Shown here piece by piece: positions 32,765-42,452 of a stretch of 64,000 nucleotides of DNA. Origin of the DNA: Thecamonas trahens ATCC 50062 (lineage: Eukaryota; Protista; Apusomonadida). The stretch spans positions 1-64,000 of the forward strand of contig NW_013657611.1 of the NCBI RefSeq assembly GCF_000142905.1, read 5' to 3'. The translations under genes and the position numbers were made by a program. How positions within the stretch are numbered: position 1 is the stretch's first letter; every line of letters begins with the position of its first letter. The notes beneath the pieces were generated by a model. The model was not told the DNA's origin. It saw only the letters and a list, made by a program, of their open reading frames with translations, and did not search any database.

Positions 32765-35126
32765 CTAGCTTGTTGTCGCATCTCTTGCTTCAGCCTCGCC
32801 TTCGCGGAAGAACCGCAGCTTGGAGAGAAAGTCGGACGAGATCTGGTCGCGGGTCTTGGGTGCCTGCGCTGGCAGCGGCTCGGGCGGCGCAGGCGCCGAC
32901 GGTGCGAGCACGCCCGGTGGGAATCTATCGAGCACGTGCCCGCGCGGCGAGCGGTCTGGCCCGCCGCGTGCCCGTGCCCGCGCCACTTGCAGCCGCTCCA
33001 CGAGCTTGCGCTTCCACAGCGGCTCGGCTGGTGTGTCCTTGGGCAGGATCGAGTGCTCGCCAATGCCGACTTGCCAGTGGTACGGCTCGGCGTCGTGATC
33101 GTGGTCCCCGGCGAGCGGCGAGTTGCCAGCGCTCGACGACGACGCCGGTGGGCTCGGTGAGCCACCGCGTCGTCCGCCGTCGACGGCCGGTCCGGTGCTT
33201 GTCTGTCGCCGCATCGTGGCGCCCGACAATCCGCCGCTGCTCACCGCCAGTGGCAGGTCGGACGAGCTGCCAGAGCCGAGCAGGGCCGAGGCAGGCGGCG
33301 GAGAGCTCCCGGCTGCATCGACCGAGAGCCGCCGCATGACCCTGTCGCGAAGGAGCGGTGAGGCCCGGAACGCCGACTGGAGTGACGAGACTTCGGAGAG
33401 CATGTTTTGCCGCTCGTACGAGAGCGTACCGACCTCCTTGCGCAGTGCATCGCGCTCGCGGGTCAGCTCGCAGATTGTCGACTCGTAGCCCACGCCCTTG
33501 TCTACCGCCCGCCGCAGCGAGGCCTCCAGCCGCGCCACTCGCGATCGCAGGAATCGCAGCTCGTCGGCGTCGCCAAGCGTCTCAGCCGCCTCGGGTGCCG
33601 CCGCCGGTGGCGACACGCTCGCCTCGGCGCGAGCCAGCATCATCGCGTCCTCGTAGTGCAGGTGCTGTAGCTCGAGGTCGCGCTCGCGCGCGGCAATGAC
33701 CGACTCGAGCTCAGCCACATACGACTCGAGGGCAGCAACTTTGGCATGCGACTCGGCCAGCCGCTTGAGGCACTCAAAGATGGTGAGCGTCATCGACGAA
33801 CCGGGCGGCGGATCATCGCCAGTGCTTCCGCCGTCGTCTGGCCCCGGCCGAGTCCGAGTGATCCGGACCGAGTGCGCCATCGACTTTTGCAGCAGCTCTG
33901 GGTCTGCGAGGATGGCCGGGACCGGATACGACTCGACGCCACCGTTCTCGCTGGCAGCGCCGGGAGGCGACAAAAATCAAAGACATCGTTGAGCATGTCG
34001 AGTGTGGCGTCGCCGTCGACAACCGAGTTGTAGACCGAGGGCGAGGCTTCGTGCGCCAGCGGGCCCTTGGCCGCTGCAATTGACGCCCGCTCAGCCTCGG
34101 TCAGCGCCGAGATGTGTGCGAGCGTCTGGTGCATCTCCGAGATGTCGGCCTTGCTCGCTGCTGCCGCCCGGCACGAGGTGAGCCATGGATGCGAGCAGAG
34201 CTCGCGCGCGGTGGCGCGCAGCGGCGGATCCTTGACAAAGCATGCCTTGAGAAACTTGATCAGGAGCGGCGACGCTGCCGATGGGCCAGGGAACGGCGGG
34301 TGTGCTTCGCCGACCATCTTGAACATGGCCGGAATGGGTCCAAACTCGTAGAACGGCGGCTTGCCCGAGACCAGCTCCAGCACTGTGCACCCGAGCGACC
34401 AGATATCGGCGGCAGTTGTCGGCGACTTCATCTCGATGACCTCGGGCGCCATCCAGTACGGCGTCCCGACTACCGACCGCGTACCCGACGGGTCTGAGAG
34501 TCGGGTGGCGATGCCAAAGTCAGCGAGCTTCACCTGGCCGTCCTTAGTCAGCAGAATGTTTCCGCCCTTGATGTCGCGGTGGATGACGCCCTCCGAGTGG
34601 AGGTAAGCCAAGCCAGAGAGGACCTGGTCGAGATAAATGGCGAGGAGCGGCTCTGGGAGGACGCCAAAGCGCTTGACCACTTGTGCCAACGAGCCGCCTC
34701 CGCAGTACTCCATGACAAAGACCATGATCTCGCCATCGGCCTGTGCTACGCACTGCAGAAAGCGAACAATGTTCTTGTGATTGAGCACTCTCAACAGAGC
34801 GACTTCATGCGCAAGCTCGCGCTTCCGCTTGGACGACATGCCGGTCTCCTCGAGCTTGACTCTTTGACGGCCACAAAGTCACCTGTTGACGTGTTCAGGC
34901 CCTTGTACACTGCGCCGAACGCTCCCGTGCCGAGCAACTCGCCGAGCTTGACCTCTCCAACGCCAGCCACCACCACTGTTCGTCGGTCATCGCCATCATC
35001 GTGCCTACCGCCACCAGAGCTGCTGCCGCTGCCACCGCCGCCGCCACCGCCACCGCCACCGCCGTCCCGCCCAGCCTGCTCACGCAAGAGCACAGACCGT
35101 CTCAGATAGCCACCACCTGCAGACAT
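32765..35126 (-). CDS. STE11-group Ser/Thr kinase (Cdc15/Cdc7/SepA/MAP3K-epsilon-like) with C-terminal coiled coil; frame breaks at ~34861 and ~33974
   Basis: LGTGAFGAVYKGLN..GDFVAVK, HRDIKGGNILLTKDGQVKLADFG, VVGTPYWMAPEVIEM, DIWSLGCTVLEL; three ORFs linked by two -1 shifts. Confidence 0.85.
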
Positions 35127-35250
35127 GCCGCTAAGGGTATGCAGTCTTGGCTCTTCTCTGTCCCCCACACACGCACACGCACCCTCCCTCTGGAGCCGAG
35201 GTGGGGTGTGGCCGTCTCTGCCTCGACCAAGCGACGTGGCCTGCGGCTGA

Positions 35251-35320
35251 GGGGGGGGGGGGGGGGGGGGGGGGGGAGGGAGAGCCAGTCGATCGTCCGC
35301 TGGCTGACACCCGCACATAC

Positions 35321-35360
<40 letters not shown>

Positions 35361-35644
35361 CACACACATACACACACATACATACACACAATCATGCATG
35401 CATGAATACACATACGCAAAAACTGTAATTCGATCGCATACTGTTTTGGGATTCTACATACTCTGCGTTGGCGTGGGGATGGCGTGGGGATCGCACTTGA
35501 TGGCGACGTTGCTCATCTACCTCTTGCCGCAATCGATCAACAGCACAAGCACCTGCATCCATACACCCTCACACCGCCATCAGCCCCCACACATACACAC
35601 ACACACACACACACGCACACACACACACGCACACATACACACAC
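35251..35644. repeat. Poly-G tract and two (CA)n tracts in the divergent intergenic region
   Basis: G run 35251-35277; (CA)n ~35324-35390 and ~35590-35644. Confidence 0.9.
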
Positions 35645-35792
35645 TCCCCGCCCCACCCGCCCACACCCATCGCATCCGATCCCATCGCACCCCATCCTCG
35701 CTCACTGCCAAACCAAACCGCTGACCTCAACCACGACGACGACAACCACCACAGCCACGACATCCACCTCGGCCACCACCTCACCCTACACC

Positions 35793-38465
35793 ATGACCCC
35801 CGCTCGGACCGTCGCGCTAACACTCGGCCTCAGTCTGGTCATTGTTGCGTCAGTCTGTGCTGTGCCCTCATCTTCTCTCGCCATCTCCTGGGGACAAGAC
35901 CAGCATGCGCTGTTGGTCACCTTTACCCCATCGTCATCCCATGGATTCTGCGATGATGGTGGTGATGCGGTGATGGTGGCAGATGGTGAGTCGGTCATCA
36001 TCACATGTGGGGATGGCCAAGACGGTACTCCCCCTGTGGTGGCAATCACCCTGAGAGAACCGGTGGCTGGTCCTGATTCTGGTCATCATTGTGTTCATCA
36101 TGCTTCGGGCTCGCTGGTCTGCTCGCTCGTCAAGGCACTCCCGCACTTTCATGATCATCTGCTGCAGCCTGGTGCAGACACCATTCCTCGGCATGTCGAT
36201 GTCTCCATCAACTGGGACAAGTGGGAGGAGCCCGATGACGCCGACATCAATGTCCTCGATCTGTACGCCTCGTCGTCGTCAAAGATCTCTCCCGTCGACG
36301 ACAGCTCGGCCGCCGATACCTTTGCCGCTCACGACCTGGTCGTCCTAGATCTTGCCTATCCTTGGTGCTACCGCTGTGAGCGTATGCAAAAGGCGCTCAA
36401 GCGCGTCGCCAAGATGTTCCACAACAACGCCCGTCGCTACAAAAAGGTTCATCGCCCGGCCTTTGTCTTTGCTGACGCCCGCGAGAACATCCGCCTCCGC
36501 GCAGAGTATGACGACTCGTGCCTCGGCGGCGGGTGCTCTATCAACATTGTCAAGGCCGGCGAGCCGGCTTCAGTGGTTGTGCCAACCGAGCCCATCACCG
36601 CCGAGTCGCTCTACGCCGAGATAGAGCGCTACGTCGGCCCACTGGTCGCCGACCTCCCCTCTGGTGCGCTCGACTCGGCCCCTGTTGCCGCCGCACTGGC
36701 AAAGGCCCTTGCCTCCTCGGCCAAGGCCGACAAGGGCCTCGTCGCCATCTACATCGATGAGGATGACGGGTCCGACCTCGCCGCCGATGTCTACGACGCC
36801 GTCTTTGCCGTCGCCGCCCGCTACCGCAAGCACTTTATGTGCGTCGTCCACCACGGCCGCCGCGGCGGTGGCGGGACCCACGTTGTAGCCTACCCCAAGC
36901 CGAGCCGCTTCGACGACGCCATTGACGGTGGCCGTGCCGGCCTGACCGTCACGCTCACGCCAGACCTGATCTCACTCGATGCGCCGCGCGAGACGGAAGC
37001 CCGCCTCCTCGTCGCTGTCCAGCCAGTCCTTCAAGAGTACTCGTGGTCGCTGGTCGAGGCTGCCGCCGATCTACCTGTCCCGTCCGGCCTCGTCTTTGTC
37101 AACATCTCCGGTGCCGAGATCAACCCCGACCGCGACGCGCAGGTCGCCCACTTGGCGAGCCTCGCCAAGCATGTGGCTGCTCCGATGCGTGGCTCGCTGG
37201 TGGTCAAGTACCTCGACCGCGGCCAGGCCTTTATGCGCAACGTCTACGGTCTCGCCGAGGCCAACGAGAGCGTCGCCATGGCCATTCGCAACTCGTTTGC
37301 CGCTGACGCCTATGTCTACGCTCGCGAATTTCTCGAGCTCTCGCCGGACGACGGTGCAATCTTTCCTGACGGCGACAGCGAGTTGGCCCAGAGCATGCTT
37401 GCCTTTGCCCACGAGTGGGCGCGCGGCGATGCCCGTCGCTTCTACACCTCGCGCGAGCTCTCCGAGTATGAGCTTCAGCTCAACAGCGTGCCCGGCCACA
37501 TCAAGATCCTCAACCAGGCCATCATGTGGGATGTTGTCGACGCGCTCACCGATCCCGACGGCATTGTTGAGGAGGCCGTCGTCATGGTCTACTCGCCATG
37601 GCACTCGGGTGCCGAGTATGCCCACAATGTTCTCGATCGCATCCACGACGCCATTGTGCTCGAGGGCTCGCTCGAAGGCCGTCTACTGGTCGGCTCGTAC
37701 GATACCTCGGAGAACGTGTGGGACGACTCCACGTTCCCTGGCCTGGACGAGTCTGGCGACGCGCCTGTGGTCTACCTCTACTCGCGGAGCGATGACGGCC
37801 TAGCCATCGAGGCGCTTTTGGGCAAAGAGACCAAGATCACAGCCCGCTCGCTCTGGGCCTGGCTCCGGACCTCGTCGGCCACTATCGGCGAGCGGTGGCA
37901 AGAGCTGGTCGCTGCCCGCAAGGCCATTGTCGCTGCCCAGCGTGAGGCCAGGCTCGAGCTTGCCAAGACCATTGCGTCCGCACCCAAGGTCGAGCTTGCG
38001 CCGCTCGACGGCACACCGGCGCCAGAGACGCCGGCTTACAAGCAAGTCCTGAGTGCGGCTGGGAGCGACGCCCCCGTCCCGCCGCCTGGTGCCAAGGTCG
38101 CAGTCCGCTACGAGATGCGCTACGGCGACGAGAGCAACGTCGTCATCGAGTCGGTAGCGATGCGGCGCACCGTTCCGCCGCGCTTGTTTGAGCTGGGCCA
38201 GGGCCAGCAGCTGCAGTGCATCGACGTCGCGGTCGCCACCATGGCCGCCGGCGAACGGGCGTGGGTCTGGTGCCCGCCAGAGCTCGCCTACGGCTCGGCT
38301 GGCTCCGACGACGGGCGCGTCCCGCCCAACACGCCGCTCGCCTTTGACATCGAGCTTGTCTCGTTCACTGAGCCGCCCGCCCGGTCTCCGTCCTCTCCTC
38401 CTCGCCCGGCCGGTGAGCCCGAGTCGGTGCCGCGGTCCGGCTCTGTCGTCCGGGACGAGCTTTAG
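35793..38465 (+). CDS. ER-luminal thioredoxin/PDI-like + FKBP-type PPIase fusion
   Basis: Signal peptide; AYPWCYRC thioredoxin site; further Trx-like units (VYSPWHSGA); FKBP (KVAVRY, FELGQGQQLQCIDVAVATMAAGE, PPELAYG, VPPNTPLAFDIELV); C-terminal RDEL. Confidence 0.85.
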   Translation: MTPARTVALTLGLSLVIVASVCAVPSSSLAISWGQDQHALLVTFTPSSSHGFCDDGGDAVMVADGESVIITCGDGQDGTPPVVAITLREPVAGPDSGHHCVHHASGSLVCSLVKALPHFHDHLLQPGADTIPRHVDVSINWDKWEEPDDADINVLDLYASSSSKISPVDDSSAADTFAAHDLVVLDLAYPWCYRCERMQKALKRVAKMFHNNARRYKKVHRPAFVFADARENIRLRAEYDDSCLGGGCSINIVKAGEPASVVVPTEPITAESLYAEIERYVGPLVADLPSGALDSAPVAAALAKALASSAKADKGLVAIYIDEDDGSDLAADVYDAVFAVAARYRKHFMCVVHHGRRGGGGTHVVAYPKPSRFDDAIDGGRAGLTVTLTPDLISLDAPRETEARLLVAVQPVLQEYSWSLVEAAADLPVPSGLVFVNISGAEINPDRDAQVAHLASLAKHVAAPMRGSLVVKYLDRGQAFMRNVYGLAEANESVAMAIRNSFAADAYVYAREFLELSPDDGAIFPDGDSELAQSMLAFAHEWARGDARRFYTSRELSEYELQLNSVPGHIKILNQAIMWDVVDALTDPDGIVEEAVVMVYSPWHSGAEYAHNVLDRIHDAIVLEGSLEGRLLVGSYDTSENVWDDSTFPGLDESGDAPVVYLYSRSDDGLAIEALLGKETKITARSLWAWLRTSSATIGERWQELVAARKAIVAAQREARLELAKTIASAPKVELAPLDGTPAPETPAYKQVLSAAGSDAPVPPPGAKVAVRYEMRYGDESNVVIESVAMRRTVPPRLFELGQGQQLQCIDVAVATMAAGERAWVWCPPELAYGSAGSDDGRVPPNTPLAFDIELVSFTEPPARSPSSPPRPAGEPESVPRSGSVVRDEL

Positions 38466-39598
38466 ACGTTGAACCACTTGGCCCACTCGGGCAGGAGGCT
38501 CGCGGGCGACTGTGCGTGTGTGGCTGCGGTGACAACCCGGAACTCGAACGGCGCGTTGCCGAGGAGTACATCGCGGTCGGTGACCCACGAGAAGAGCCCG
38601 TCGCCGGCAAACTCGGCGAGTGGGTTGATCTCGCACACAAGCACCTCCCACCGCTCGGGCGCGTCGAACAGGCCCGCGCGGTCTCTGCTCGGCTCAAAGT
38701 CGGGGAGCGTCACGATGAGATCGACGACAAACGAGTCGAGGCCGACCGCGCCCGACGCAATGAACTTACGGGTAAAGTCGGCTACAACATCCTCGACAGC
38801 CGCCACGTTGGCTGCGAGCCGGGGAAAGTACACCAGCGGATTGTACTGCGTCAGGGCGGTGAGCTGCGAGTTGCGCACAAAGCCGCGGAGCTCGAGCTCG
38901 AGCGGGAAGCGGGTAAACCGGCGGACAAAGACCGACATCGGCTTGGCGGCCTCGCCTCGCTCAACATACGTCCGCAAATCGTCCAGGATTCGCGACGAGA
39001 GCACCAGCAACCGCACCGCGTCGCGGCCGCTCGACACCGCCATGGCCTCTGTCGATGCCTCGTACATGGCCACCAGTCGGCGGTTGGTCTTGCCGCCGCC
39101 GTCGCCGCTGTCATCACCGTCATCACCCGCGGCGGCCTCGGCGGCCCGCAGACTCTCACCAAACGATGGAAGGAACAAAACGGCGTCCTTGGGCGACCGT
39201 GACGAGAGCCGCACAAAGACCTCGTCGCATCCAAGCTTCGCCATGCACGCCTCGACGCCATGTGCCAGGTCGGCAAGTGCCGATCCATGTTGCATCACCA
39301 TGTCGAGACACGGTTCCAGCTCTAACCCAGCTCCAGACTCGGCTGCCGATCGCGCCGGCCCATGTGCGCCAAGAATGCCCGCCGCCATAGCTTGGGTCAG
39401 CGGGAAAGCATTGGTATCAAAGCTGAAGTCTGCGATGCCTTCGAGGTACTCCTCCAGGTACGTCTCCTCCATCAGGGCCCGATACGACTCGGAATCTTCG
39501 CAGAGCAGCGGCTCCAGCGACAGGTCCACACCTTGCGCCACCTTTGCCGTCTTCCTCAGTCCAGCCCGAGCAGCCGCAAACACGTTCTCTTCAGCCAT
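38462..39598 (-). CDS. CDC123/D123-like (R2K) ATP-grasp protein
   Basis: VFVRLSSRSPKDA, SSRI, ELRGFVRNSQLTALTQY, FVVD, EINP...GLFSW..D. Confidence 0.85.
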   Translation of the reverse strand: MAEENVFAAARAGLRKTAKVAQGVDLSLEPLLCEDSESYRALMEETYLEEYLEGIADFSFDTNAFPLTQAMAAGILGAHGPARSAAESGAGLELEPCLDMVMQHGSALADLAHGVEACMAKLGCDEVFVRLSSRSPKDAVLFLPSFGESLRAAEAAAGDDGDDSGDGGGKTNRRLVAMYEASTEAMAVSSGRDAVRLLVLSSRILDDLRTYVERGEAAKPMSVFVRRFTRFPLELELRGFVRNSQLTALTQYNPLVYFPRLAANVAAVEDVVADFTRKFIASGAVGLDSFVVDLIVTLPDFEPSRDRAGLFDAPERWEVLVCEINPLAEFAGDGLFSWVTDRDVLLGNAPFEFRVVTAATHAQSPASLLPEWAKWFNV

Positions 39599-39796
39599 GT
39601 CGATGACCTAGCAGTGTGAGAGAGGATTGTTCGCTGCGGCGAGGTTGTCGCCGGACGGCGCCGCCTCGCGCACCTGAACGATCCTCTGTCCGGTCACGTC
39701 ATGCACGCCGCCGCCGACAGTAACCAGTCGCACGCAGCCCAAGGCAAACGGCAGTAACAGCAGCAGCGGCCGTAGTAGTTGAAGAAAAAGCTCCAT

Positions 39797-40125
39797 CGTC
39801 ATCGACATCATGGTCATCATGGTCATCATGGTCATCACGGTCATCATGGTCATCACGGTCATCACGGCTATCATGGTCACCACGGTCATCATGGTCATCA
39901 CGGCTATCATGGTCATCATGGTCATCACGGCTATCATGGTCACCATGGTCATCATGGTCATCACGGCTATCATGGTCATCACGGTCATCATGGTCATCAC
40001 GGCTATCATGGTCATCACGGTCATCACGGCTATCATGGTCACCATGGTCATCATGGTCATCACGGCTATCATGGTCATCATGGTCATCACGGCTATCATG
40101 GTCATCATGGTCATCATGGTCATCA
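39797..40125. repeat. 9-nt tandem repeat (CATGGTCAT/CACGGTCAT/CACGGCTAT), ~35 units
   Basis: Directly visible, between the divergent D123-like and ABCD genes. Confidence 0.95.
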
Positions 40126-40280
40126 CCTCCCCCCCCCTCGCCCCATCGCCACCATCATCGTCATCACCATCGCGGCCAACAAATCGCTCATGTCACGCAC
40201 GCCGCCAGCGCCAACACCCACCGCACACACACACACTCTCTCTCTCTCCCTCCCTCCCTCCCTCCCACACTCACTCACCC

Positions 40281-42416
40281 ATGGGAAACCTACTCGTAAC
40301 CGCCCTCCTCCGCCTACGACCAGCAGCCCGCACCACCACACCCGCCGCTACCTCAACCCCCGCCTCTACCGCCGCCACACCCGCCGCCTCGTGCTCGGGC
40401 ACGGACAACAGCTTCAAGTCGCAGCTGGCAGAGCTCCTCGCCATCTGCTTTCCATCGGTCTGGTGCCGACAGACAGCCATTTTGGCACTTCATTCATTGG
40501 CTTTGGTTATTCGGACTGGTCTCTCCATCGGTGTGGCTTCTTTGGACGGCGCGCTCGTCAAAACCATCGTCGACAAGAAGCTGAACAAGTTCATCGCTTT
40601 TCTCGTCGCCTGGATCGCTCTCGCTCTTCCGGCAACCTTTGTCAACTCGGCCATCCGCTTCCTCGAATCGAGCTTGGCTCTCTCGTTGAGGACCCGTCTG
40701 ACCACAGAGCTGGTCTCGGCTTACACTGCAAATCCGAGCGCTGCTTCCGACCATGGCCCAGCTGGTGCCCATCCGTGCCATCGGACCTCGACAGTCCCTG
40801 CGTACTATGCTCTTGTCAACCTCGACTCGCGCATTGCAAACGCCGATCAGTGCCTCACCGAGGACGTGGCCAACTTTGCAGAGCACCTCGCGCATCTGTG
40901 GTCGCACCTCTCCAAGCCATGGCTTGACGTCGTCCTCGTCACCGCCCGCCTGGTGTTCATGGCCAAGGCGTCGATTGGCGCCGGCGGCGCCGCCGCCCGG
41001 CCGGCAGCTCTGGCTGCTGTAGTCATCGGCGCCACTGCTGTCATCCTCCGCACGCTCTCGCCACCGTTTGGCAAGCTGGTTGCCCGCCGCGCAGAGCTCG
41101 AGGGCGAGCTCCGCCACGCCCATGCCCGCATGGGTGCCGCCTCGGAGGAGATCGCCTTCTACGGCGGCCACGAGGTCGAGCGTTCGCACTTGTGGCGCGC
41201 CTACAAGGCTCTTGTTCGACAGCTCGACAAGTACCTCGTCGCCCGCGCCTGGTACGGTGTCATCGAGTCGTTCTTCATGAAGTACGTCTGGACCGCCACA
41301 GGCCTCACCATGATCGCCCTTCCAGCGTTTTACCAACCCGGCGGCCTCGCCCGCTCGGCTTCAGACAACACAGAGCTGTTCATGACTTCGCGCTCGCTCC
41401 TCACCACAGCCGCTGACGCCATCGAGCGCATCCTTGCTTCGCTCAAGGAAGTCTCCGCCCTCGCCGGCTACACCTCGCGTGTCGCCCAAATCCGTGCGGT
41501 CATTACTGACGTCGCCGCCGAACGCTACGTCAAGGCGTCGGCAAACGCAAACGCCGCCACCATCGACCTCGCTGCCCGGGGCCTCAAGCGCATCGGCACC
41601 CACTTTGAGCTCATCAACGTCCCGCTCGTCACCCCAGCTGGTGACGTCCTCGTCGACGCCCTCACCTTTCGCGTCGCTCCTGGCGAGCACCTGCTGGTCG
41701 CAGGGCCAAACGGCTGTGGCAAGTCCGCCTTGGTCCGCGTCCTCGCCGGCCTCTGGCCTCACTACGGCGGTGAGATGGTTGTCCCGCCCCGCGACGACGT
41801 CGTCTTTGTCCCCCAGGCCGCATACCTCTCGCGCGGCACTCTCCGCGACCAGATCCTCTACCCGCACACCGTCGACGACATGGCTGCCGCAGGCCGATCC
41901 GACGCCGAGCTCGAGGCCATCCTCGGCATTGTCCACCTCAAGCACATCCTCGGTCGTGAGGACGCCGGATGGGACACGGCGCGCGTGTGGCAGGACGTGC
42001 TCTCCGGTGGCGAGCGCCAGCGCCTTGCCCTCGCCCGCGTCTTCTACCACGCTCCACGATTTGCCGTCCTCGACGAGTGCACCTCGGCTGTCTCTGCAGA
42101 CGTCGAGGGAGCCATCTATGCCGCCGCCAAGGACGCCGGCATCACCCTCATCACTGTCTCACACCGCCCCTCGCTCATCCAGTACCATGCCGCCTTGCTC
42201 ACCTTTGACGGTGCAGGCGCCGCTGCCTACACCTCGCTTGTTGACGCCTCGGTTGCCCGCACTCTCCGTGAAGAGGCCGATCATCTCCGCGCACGCCTCG
42301 TCGACATCCCAGCCAAGCGCGCCCGCCTTCGCGAGCTCTGTACCGCCCTCGGCGAAGACTCGCTTGTCCTCGAGCCCACCACCGCGCGCGAGCGCTCGTT
42401 CATGGCCAGCGAGTAG
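40281..42416 (+). CDS. ABCD: Peroxisomal ABC half-transporter, ABCD1/2-like
   Basis: NLDSRIANADQCLTEDV, EAA motif SEEIAFYGG, GPNGCGKS, LSGGERQR, LDECTSAVS, SHRPSL; ABCD1/2-type C-terminal coil RLRELCTALGEDS. Confidence 0.93.
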   Translation: MGNLLVTALLRLRPAARTTTPAATSTPASTAATPAASCSGTDNSFKSQLAELLAICFPSVWCRQTAILALHSLALVIRTGLSIGVASLDGALVKTIVDKKLNKFIAFLVAWIALALPATFVNSAIRFLESSLALSLRTRLTTELVSAYTANPSAASDHGPAGAHPCHRTSTVPAYYALVNLDSRIANADQCLTEDVANFAEHLAHLWSHLSKPWLDVVLVTARLVFMAKASIGAGGAAARPAALAAVVIGATAVILRTLSPPFGKLVARRAELEGELRHAHARMGAASEEIAFYGGHEVERSHLWRAYKALVRQLDKYLVARAWYGVIESFFMKYVWTATGLTMIALPAFYQPGGLARSASDNTELFMTSRSLLTTAADAIERILASLKEVSALAGYTSRVAQIRAVITDVAAERYVKASANANAATIDLAARGLKRIGTHFELINVPLVTPAGDVLVDALTFRVAPGEHLLVAGPNGCGKSALVRVLAGLWPHYGGEMVVPPRDDVVFVPQAAYLSRGTLRDQILYPHTVDDMAAAGRSDAELEAILGIVHLKHILGREDAGWDTARVWQDVLSGGERQRLALARVFYHAPRFAVLDECTSAVSADVEGAIYAAAKDAGITLITVSHRPSLIQYHAALLTFDGAGAAAYTSLVDASVARTLREEADHLRARLVDIPAKRARLRELCTALGEDSLVLEPTTARERSFMASE

Positions 42417-42452
42417 CAGGGTGCTCTGCTCCTCATGTCAGTAAGTGTATGT

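Noticed and set aside
35484-35792. THTHTH N-terminal extensions of ORFs (also 4775, 58436, 35411)
   Set aside because: Translations of (CA)n/(TG)n microsatellites from non-ATG or upstream starts; downstream ATGs give sensible N-termini
39797-40125. Tandem arrays as possible CRISPR
   Set aside because: No unique spacers, no cas genes, eukaryotic context
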